A DNA stretch of 63,999 nucleotides, filler included, from Bipalium vagum (Eukaryota): the NCBI GenBank assembly GCA_037834085.1. It is 3 parts of 3 records of this genome, joined end to end, with 100 filler letters (N's around TTAATTAATTAA, not from the genome) between each part and the next. Parts side by side here need not be neighbours in the genome. Positions count along the whole stretch, not along the records: positions 45,112 to 63,999 come from JBBMKC010016371.1; 2 more parts are not named here. The stretch is one strand, 5' to 3'. The notes under the pieces were generated by a model, which had not been told where the DNA came from, did not search any database, and worked only from the letters and a program-made list of their open reading frames with translations. The translations under genes and the position numbers were made by a program. Numbering within the stretch: position 1 is the stretch's first letter; every line of letters starts with the position of its first letter. Shown in pieces: positions 54,341 to 63,999 of the stretch.

Positions 54341-55525
54341 TTAAGTTTTTTACATAAAAAATTTCGGATTTATTGAAGTTAAGGCGTACCATGAAACTTT
54401 ACTTATTATATGTGGTTAGATCCTGTCTTATTATTTATCAATCTGTTCGTTAGAAATTGCACTATATTTTAATGTATTTTTTTAATGATTAATTATTGAT
54501 TTTTTGCGTTAGCGTCAATTCAATATACAATTTCAAAAACATGATTTTCTTGTGATTGTGTTCTTTAAACTTGGACAAAATGTTACTGAAACCACGAGGA
54601 AAATAAAAAAGGCATTTGGCCATGGTTCAATTAATGAACACACCATTCAACGTTGGCTCGAGAATTTTCGCAATGGGAATACGAGTCTCAAAGAGAAAGT
54701 CGATCGAGGTTTAAAGAGCACCCTTAATAATAACCTTCTCAAAATGACCGTAGAAGCCATTTGAAAGTTAGCAAAACAATTCCATGTGAGCACTGCGATA
54801 GTATCCCGTCACTTGCATGAAATTGGAAAACAAAAAAGATGGATAAATGAATTCCACACGAATTAACCAATAACAACAAAATCCGTAGATATGAAATCTG
54901 CTCAAGCTTGCTCTTACGAACACAATTACGAAACATTTCCTCTTCGCATAATTACGTGTGATGAGAAATGTATCATGTATGATAAGTGTAAGTGATCATC
55001 ACAAAATATTGATAAAATTGAAACTCCAAAATCCTTTGCAAAACCATAAAAAAGGTCAGTGTATGATGGAATTCTAATAGATTGATCCACCACAGTTTCT
55101 GAAACCTCGGGAAGCTATAACAGCTATCAAATAATGCGAGGAATTTGAATAAATGAATCAAAAATTACGCATAATTAATCCAGGATTGGTGGGGTTAATT
55201 ATATTTCATGGTAATGCAAAACGATTTATTGCACAATTAACTGTGCAGAAAATAAACCAACTTGGACATGAAATCCTACCTCATCGTCCATATTCGCCTG
55301 ACTAATCTTCAACTGATTTTCAAATTTTTCTCAAGGATAGGGTGTTTCAGGAACTGGCAACAGTCAAAAATATCTTACTGGATATCATGATTTTTATTCA
55401 AATGGAATAAAAAAACTTTTGTCGCGAATTCCTTTTATTTTTAATTTATATCTTTATTATTTTTAAAGTTATTAGTTTTTAAATTTTTACATCGAAATCC
55501 GAACATTTTTTAAGTAACAACCTAA
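54341..55525 (+). mobile_element. Decayed mariner
   Basis: TIRs TTAAGTTTTTTACATAAAAAATTTCGGATTT / AAATCCGAACATTTTTTAAGTAACAACCTAA. Motifs FKLGQNVTETTRKI, IITCDEK, HRPYSPD. Confidence 0.85.
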
Positions 55526-55609
55526 TATCAAAACCAAATTCTAATTTTATTCTCGGTTGACCTTTGATAGCTTATTTATAGTTCTAATAAAAAAATGCAC
55601 AAATGCTTC

Positions 55610-55646
<37 letters not shown>

Positions 55647-55962
55647 CATTTACACAGTAATATTTAAATGTTTTAGTTAACTAAGAAAATTAATAAAGAA
55701 AATAAAAAATATTCTTGAATATATATTTTAATAATAAGTAATTGCATCAAATTAAGATAATTTAAAACATCCAATCAGTGGAAATAATTTTTTACTGTTT
55801 CTGTTATTTTATGGATTTTATTATACAATTAAATTATATAATAAAATAAAAATTGTTTTGTATTTCAGCAATATTGTGTTAAATATATTTTTTCTTATAT
55901 ATTTACTTCTTATTTCCTTCTGACATTTTTCTTAAATAAAATAAGAATTATTCATAAATCAG

Positions 55963-56057
55963 ATCGCGAGAGTCTGTGGGCTGCTCGTGTGGTGGAAACC
56001 GAGCACTGGTTGTCGCAGAATCATCAACAACTCTCAACATGTGCTCAGCAAAATTGG
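55963..56057 (+). CDS. Exon of Cys-rich extracellular gene B
   Basis: aaatcag|ATC...TTGG|gtatat, a GC-rich island. Frame SRESVGCSCGGNRALVVAESSTTLNMCSAKL ends in phase 1. Confidence 0.6.
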
Positions 56058-57527
56058 GTATATTCTTTTATTTGCAAATGTAAATGAAAATTATTTATTT
56101 ATATTTTTTCACGTGAAACGTTTGACATTTAAAATTTGTCTCGTAATGTTTTGAAAAAAAATAATTGAAAAACATTTAAATTTTGTTGTAATGGCAAAAA
56201 TCAAGTTGAAAGGTAATAAATTTTAACCTATGGTGCTGAAATAATTTGTGTATTATTTTTTAATAATAATATTTAAATGAGAAGCACACAAGAATGTGGA
56301 TATCTGATTAAATTAGGCTAATTAAATAACAGATGCCATAGTTAATATAACAACTTGTTATTTTTATTGAAAATGACTATGCATAAACCAATCAAAACAG
56401 CTCTTACATTTGTTCAAAGTAGTTCCCAACAGTATTTATACAATTTTTAAACGGTCTTTCCATTGCTCGTAGCGAAAAAGAGTATTCTTTAGATACATGT
56501 TTTGTACACTGGCATATCACTGTTTTAAGCTGACTTCTACTTTCATATGTATGTCCACGAAGGTGATCTAAAAATCACATGGAACTAGACCAGTACTGTA
56601 AAGTAGTTTTGGAATAAAATATATTCCCTGTTCTTCCAAGAAATCAATCGAAATTTGTGATTTATTGCCCGGTGTGTTAATATTATGGAGTCAAAGCTGT
56701 TAATTCGAAAAAACTTGTTTTTACCCATTCATGACAAACAACTAAGCAATGATTGACTTGTTTTCACTCGTTCCTCCTTTTGCGAATCAGTGAGTACATG
56801 TGATGCCTACCGAGAACAAACATTCCTGAGTCATAATTCACTATGCAATATTTCATGGATGCTTGCAATTCCATTAATAATAATATTAATGATAATAATG
56901 ATTATAATTATAAAATTATAACGATAACACATTATTAAAATAAATAACTGATATTGAGGTTATCGAAAGTTATTGTTTATTTTTTATGGTATTTATTATT
57001 TATAATTTATTTATTTTTGTATTATCTTAATAAAAGTATAAATAAATTACTTTAAAAAACATTCACAATATGAACTAAACTGCAGCTACGTTAAGTATCA
57101 TCGATAAATATTGTTTTTTTTTGCCTTTTTTCTTTATTTGATTTTCTTATTTCATTATAAATAATAAGTCGTGTTGATACAAAAGTGTTTTCTGGATTTT
57201 TGAAATGTTTATCATTTATAAATGTAAAAATAAAAATTTGAAATATAATTCAAATAAATATAATATTAAGCCAACATTTTATAATAATGACAAGGATAAT
57301 TATTTATTTATATAATATTTAATTAGTCAAATAAACAAATTCATAATTTTGACGAGTTGGACACAAATAAAAATAAATGATTCCCCATCTTTATTTAAAA
57401 TTATTTAAAATAAATCATTTCACCTAAAAGTTTGTCAATTTTAAATTAAATTTCTTTCTAGCAACTTTTTTTAATATTTTTAACTTAATAATGTGATTGA
57501 TAATGAAACCTTCTCTTGGTCTTTTAG

Positions 57528-57668
57528 TAGATATTGGCCAGGTCTGTAACGATAAGGATATTCTTTGTATCAGTCTGAAAGCGGTTTGTCCGAAAACAAT
57601 ACAAAAATGTCAGTGTATGGAAGGGTACGTTCCTGTTTATCAGACAATGCTACAATATTATGAATGCT
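57528..57668 (+). CDS. Exon of gene B, EB/EGF-like 6-Cys module
   Basis: cttttag|TAG (NAGNAG) ... TGCT|gtaagt, phase 1-1. Translates VDIGQVCNDKDILCISLKAVCPKTIQKCQCMEGYVP...YEC. Confidence 0.8.
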
Positions 57669-59203
57669 GTAAGTCTTAAAATAATGTTTTTGCAAAATTC
57701 TTTAAAGTGGTATAATTTTTTCGAGGTATGCTTAAATGAAATTTTTAACTATGATATTTTAGTTATATCATTATCTCTCAACCGATACGCTACCGCCGGA
57801 CAAAGATAACATTTAGACAACAATGAGATACTTCTATGAAATACTCTCCTATATTTCTGTTAAGGTTAACCATAGGTTATTATATTATAATCAGGAATTA
57901 TATAATAAAATAAATACACCTTAAATAATGAAATTATCCAACTTCGAATGAAGGTCACTGATGAATCCATATTATAAATAAACTAATAGAAAATTTGCAA
58001 TTCGTTTTGTGGATTGTTTGAAGTTGGTCTTGTAGCAAATCGTAACATAACTTTCCTTTGGTATTCCTATTGACCTTTCTAATTGATTCACCAAACTCTG
58101 CCTTTTCCGGTTACTTGTCCCTGTATATATATCAATGTATTCAGTCTTGTCTTGGCGTCATGATTTTTATCATCTATTTTTAATGTTCATAATAATGATA
58201 AATAAAAAATACTAAAAAACAATAACTGTTTCATTTTGCTCAATTTTTAATAGAAAATTTTTATATTTATAAAATTACTAATAACATTTTATAATTTTTT
58301 ATTTATATATGAAGAATTCCTTGACCTTCTTCTGATATTTATTAGACTGATCAAATTTGACAAAGATACAGAATTTTCTTGATCAACTAAATTTTTTACA
58401 AAACTGATGCTCTGGTTATTGCCAACTAATGCTGGTCTTCTTGAATCATCATATCTTTTTAGTTTATTCTATATGTACTTAAATTTGCAGCAATTTGTCT
58501 TACAGTTCTGCCTTTGATAACATTTTCTTCTCCTCATGCACAGACTAAACATCGATAGACATCTGAGGCAGAATGGCCTTTGCGTTTCATTGTCTCAATA
58601 AAATAATTCACGTTTTCGGATGTCATACGCTGTTTTAGAAATAAATGTAAACAAGATTTAAGAGATAAATTTAAACAAACCTTTATGAATTTATAGATTT
58701 TATTTATCTTTAAAAATACTTATTCAATATGCAAATATTGGAAATCAATATATGGGAAAATTTTTTTCTTTAATAAAAGCAATTTTTGTAACTCCTGTAT
58801 TTCTAAATATATTAAACAGTTTTAATTTAATTTCTTTAATTCAGAATCACATTTTTAATTCATTTACCTTCAACGCAATTAAAAACTTGAATAGTTTAAT
58901 CTAATAAATTAAAAGCAACTACTTTCCAAGAAGTAGAAAAAGAAGTAAAATTATCTAAAATAAGAAAAATAATAGAAATGCTTTGTTTAAAAAATTCTTC
59001 GCAAGTTTTAATTCTATATCATAAACGAACAATGTTAATTTTTGTTTTATTGAAATAAATTTTAAATAATATTAAACTTTTTATTATTAAATAACTAAAA
59101 TTTTAGTTGATAAAAAATTATTTATGCAAAATTATCTTTTAAAAATATTGTCAGTGATTCGTACAAATCTAATTAAAATAGCGAATTATATCTGAACAAA
59201 CAA

Positions 59204-59342
59204 NNNNNNNNNNNNNNNNNNNNNNNNNNNNNNNNNNNNNNNNNNNNNNNNNNNNNNNNNNNNNNNNNNNNNNNNNNNNNNNNNNNNNNNNNNNNNNNNN
59301 NNNNNNNNNNNNNNNNNNNNNNNNNNNNNNNNNNNNNNNNNN
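59204..59342. other. Assembly gap
   Basis: N run. Confidence 0.99.
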
Positions 59343-60561
59343 CTTGTGGAACCGTATGCCAAAAAACTAATTTTTAATCCGCTTCCAATGAATTTCTTAA
59401 GATTAATTATTAATTGAATAAAGTATTGTTGTTATAATTTCCGAAATGACATAATAACAAAAATAATAAAAATATGAATTTAATTAATAAGAATAAAGTG
59501 TTACATTTTTAATGTGTCTTACTTGATTCGAAGTTTGAATAATTATGTCGAATAGTATTTATACTGTTATAATGTACTCTAAATTCTGCTTTAATTCATT
59601 AGTCGTGGGATGTAAGAGAAGAATTACATACTTTCCTAAAAGATAACAGTTGACTCTAATTGATAGAGAATTTACATTCAACCGAAGCAAACGTTGTGCA
59701 GTACATTAAGAACATTACATTCACCAGACTCCGATTATTATCTTTTAATGCCCATAAAATTATCGTAGACAAATGCAATTCCAAAAAGGAAAAGATAATG
59801 AAGACGAGGTTACAATTGGTTTCATCAAAAGATTATATTTTATAAATGCGGTTGTATAAAATTACATCATTATGGGAAAAAATTTTATGGAAGTGTTTTA
59901 TTTCAAGAGTAATTATCTAGAGCCTCAAAGACCCTTACAAAGCAAACTTATTTAACGATTTACTGTTTTTGGTTTTGCTCATCTACGATGTTCACTGAAC
60001 CTGTTACTTTCAATTTTTTACTTTTTTGAAACTTGGATAACTTCATGCTATTTGGGTTTTTGCCATTTTGGCCTTCCAGGATTTTAGCAATAAAACAATA
60101 TTTTCATCAAAAGGCATTTTTGTTTAACTTGACTATTGATAGGAAACAATCGATTCAAGCAGTAATTATTTCATTGAATAAGTAGTAGACTTTTGTTCAT
60201 AATGCAGTTCTTGTTTCATATTTCGAGTTCGCATGTTTCATGTGAAAATACCTATTTATACATGGTTTACAGTATAAATTAACGATTTTTTAACTAATAA
60301 TAAGGATTGTTTAAATTTTTCATTTTTTAAGAAAATAAACGACAATTTTACAAAAATAATAAATACATTGAGACCAGTACTCGTCAAATGATAATAAGAA
60401 AATAGTAAAGTGGAAATATCATTTTACATAATATAACACTTCATAAATTTTCAATAAAAGAAAGTTGTTCTAGAAATTAAAATAATGATCGGATGTTCAT
60501 CAACCTTATATTGTATTGTTTAAACATAAATATATAGCACTCGTATTTTGGTTTGGTTTAG

Positions 60562-60738
60562 TTCCGGCTTTTGATGAAAGGAACCTTCCTGCTCAGTGCG
60601 TTAAATGCGTGAATTCTGGAGGGAAGTGTTACGACACTACCAGCACAAATAAACCAGATGGGTGTTTATGCCTTGGTTCTTATTCCAATATTGAAAATGG
60701 TCCAAATTCTTTAATCAAGCCGTGTTCTATTAATCACC
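60562..60738 (+). CDS. Exon of gene B, EGF-like 6-Cys module
   Basis: ggtttag|TT...CACC|gtatgc, phase 1-1. Translates QCVKCVNSGGKCYD...DGCLCLGS...KPC. Confidence 0.8.
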
Positions 60739-62239
60739 GTATGCTATAATGAGTTTTAATTTGATGAATAACACAAATATTAATTCAGTGTTCATATTAT
60801 TTTTTTTAAAATTATCTATTACTATATTACTGCAAAGATAATTGATTTTGTTTATATTTCTTGCATTTGGTGAAGAAGCATATTCAAAAACTCGCTTTGC
60901 ACAATTATTCAAAGTAGTTTCTCCACTGATGAAAACTGTGATGCTTTTCTCAAAATATTCTAGATAAACGTCAAATGTCATTCGGTGATATTTAGACCTC
61001 ACTAAAGATGTATTAAACTTCGATGTATTTCATTATACATGAACACGTAAGTATGAGAATATTTTGTTCCTAGAACATACACCATAATATAGCTTTGGCT
61101 CAAAAAGAATAACGCATTGAATGGAGCAACTCAATATTCAAAAATGACATGAGAGGAACGCCAAAATATGTATAATACTGCGATAAAAATTTGAGGTGAA
61201 TTATGAAAGAAAACGCCAAATATTTATTTAATCATCAATATTTATTTTGTTCCCTTCAAAGTAATCACCAGCAAATAAAAGACATTTTATGCCAACAATT
61301 TTTTCAACTGTTGGAACATCTTTGATATTCAATTTTTGGAATGGACAAAATTTGGACAAAAAAAAAGTTTCAGCTGTACAAACGAATTATTTTTTTATTT
61401 TCTCTATTCCTTGATTATTTAGGAAGTTAAAACATTTAACATTATGACTTCCTTACATTTCTTAACATCAAAAATGAATTATGTGTTGAGTGGTTTATGT
61501 CCTAAAACCATGTACAAGCATTAAACCCGCACCTTTTCAAACTTAAAGTCTTGCATTGGAATAATACTTCAATGATCGAATGGGAAAATCAAGGAGTGCA
61601 TAGAGTATGATGGTGAATATTTTTAGAAGCATCCTTTGATATGTTTGAAATGCAATGTATTATCATAAATTATAATAAAATGTCTATATTATTTTTTCTA
61701 AACTATTTCTCTTTGGAACATTTATATTTCAATAATATTATGTTACTTTTTAAAGTTTATTAAATTAATAGCAGCACTTCGAAAATAAAATTTATTTATT
61801 ACAGAATTAAACAAAGGCATTGAAATACTTTTAAAAATGAATTCCACAGATTTTCAGAGAGGATTAAATCTAAATATTTATTTTGAAAAATTAAATTTCC
61901 TTGAAATATTCGTTTCTGGTTTGTTGAATAAATTGGAACCTGATCAACATTTCCAGACATAATAATAATTTTAAAATTATATTGCCATAATATTACTCTT
62001 TCCATTTTAGAAAAAGTAAAATTAAAAAAAAATTTAAACATTTCTAGTTTTTAAATAAATAACCGGACTATATTGATTCACAGAAAATAAACATTATATA
62101 CTCAAACGTGATGAGTTCATATAATTTTTGTTAAGCACATGAATTAAAAGTAATTTATTTTAAAATAATTAAGAACTAATTTATATGAAATATATATTTC
62201 GTGTTTTAATTCACCATTATATTTAATTTAAAAATTTAA

Positions 62240-62482
62240 AATGAGCGCCAAACATAAAACATGCTAATTTGAGAGAGGTCGTATAATTGGGTTATTAGAA
62301 GCTGATTTGTTGCAGGTTGAGGTAGCACAACGAGTTGAGCCAACCAGATGTGCGGTCTAGTCAGCGCTTCAATGAACAATTGAATTAACTAACTCATGAG
62401 GAATGTTCGTTTTTAATTGAATCTATGCCGAAAAGGATCAATGAATGTGCATCCAAAAAGGAGGTCACACTGTGTTATTAGC
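62240..62482 (+). mobile_element. Internally deleted Tc1 remnant
   Basis: N-terminal ERGRIIGLLEADLLQVEVAQRV joined to C-terminal LIESMPKRINECASKKGGHT. Confidence 0.65.
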
Positions 62483-63189
62483 AATGCTTGTAAAAATTTC
62501 TTGTAAAATGTTGATTATTGATTAATTAATTTTTACCTTCCTAAGACTTTTGACAATGAGTATTTTATCCATGAAAAGTTATAATTATTCAAAATAGATT
62601 CCATGGGATTTGATAAAAAATCTGCACGTTCAGTTAGTTCATGTATAGATTTTTTATAAGAATTTTCTTGAGTACTCGTCTTCAAGCGCTGCTTGAATAG
62701 CTTAAAAATCATCATGAAATACACGTTTCAATGCAAATTTCAGTTTCGGTTAATTATATATGATACTGTGCATAAGATAAAATGTTAATATTAATCATGA
62801 ACATTGACAGCCAATAATGTGATTAACTCTTCAATACTTCATGTCGAAGAAAGAAGTTATTGTGCCTTTCTTAGCAGACCAAGTTTTTATTTCTAAATTG
62901 TTGCACGATATATCCAGGTCGTTTCACGTAGACGTTTGGCATTCAGTTTTACATCATATTGATTTTATACTTAGTGAATAATTATCAAAGTACTTTATCT
63001 ATATTATCTCTCATATTTTAATCTCATAAATTTTTTTAATTTGAAAATCAATTTTATGCGGAATATTATTTATATTATTTTAAGCAAAATATTAGAGCTT
63101 TTGCTTACATTTCTTAAAATTAAAACCATATAATTTTAATAGTTTATTTTTATAATTCTATTTTAATTGTTTTTCAAATATATTTTCAG

Positions 63190-63458
63190 TGAAAATTGAT
63201 TTTCAAGATGATAAAATAAAATTATGCTTTCAACCCTACACATTTCCTCCATTTGAAACATTAAAACTTCAACTCCGAGCAAACAGAGCAGCTTTATACA
63301 TAACCCACCCTCATTCTCAGTTTTATTCTGGAAGTCATCAATCAATTTACAGAAAGAAAATGCAAATACATCCACAAATTTTGAACGACAGAACATATTT
63401 CTGTGGTATCTTTGACCCTAATGAAAAAAACAATATTATCAGAGTAAAACAAGTTCAA
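63190..63458 (+). CDS. Exon of gene B, possible start of a ZP-like beta domain
   Basis: attttcag|TG...CAA|gtaatt, phase 1-0. Translates LKIDFQDDKIKLCFQP...YFCGIFD. Confidence 0.7.
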
Positions 63459-63999
63459 GTAATTTTAAATAATATTTTCACTATGACAAAAAAATATTGT
63501 TATTTAATGTAACTTATTTTTGTATACTTATCAATATCATCTTCATAAACATAAAAGAACACATAAAATTTTGTTAATTGTAATAATATGAAATATTTTT
63601 TAATTATTATACCAAATGTTGTCCTAGAAAATCATTAGAGCAAAAATTATTTAATTAAACACTTCAAAAACTTAATTAATTTTAATATTATTTATCTCAA
63701 TTGATCTGAGTACCACGAAAACAATAAATAATAATAATAATATATTCCATATACTTTTTCCTTTTTCTCAGTTTTAAATGTTTTTCTGTATATTTCTTTA
63801 CACCAAGTTCCTTCTTTTAATATAAAATAAACTTCCCAGAAGTATGAGATTAACTCCTCAAAGTATTACGGCTTAATATTTTTAATTTTAACGTCTGAAT
63901 TTTAAAATAGAATCAATAACAGAGGTGACAATAACTTATATTTACAGTGTACGGAATTAAATGTTCAAATAAAAGAGGTGTTCAGCTAACAAAGGTTTT

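Noticed and set aside
57763-57865. Additional gene B exon
   Set aside because: A stop codon occurs in the phase-compatible frame.

Overview
Very AT-rich eukaryotic genomic DNA, not prokaryotic. It has GT-AG introns, many decayed Tc1/mariner elements and (AAT)n microsatellites; the style suggests a planarian or other flatworm, but that is inference. Host genes: the last three exons of a single-pass membrane protein ending in a PDZ-binding motif (280-13840, +), an orphan 271-codon basic ORF (29558-30373), and four consecutive exons of a Cys-rich extracellular protein (55963-63458, +). Most of the rest is transposon debris, including a four-element nest at 19207-22151 (mariner > DD41D-like Tc1 > mini-LTR, plus a Merlin). 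The main result is a tiny LTR element whose LTR is a tRNA-Ala-derived sequence held inside an inverted-repeat stem. It appears as an 87-bp solo LTR with a 5-bp TSD (20216-20302) and as a TRIM with PBS and PPT (38453-44595). The TRIM's 3' LTR is split inside its tRNA by a 5.9-kb RLE-type non-LTR retrotransposon encoding two tandem Ulp1/SUMO-protease-like domains, RT, a CCHC knuckle and a restriction-like endonuclease. Removing that retrotransposon rebuilds a sequence with exact 72-nt tRNA spacing. Four assembly gaps are present.
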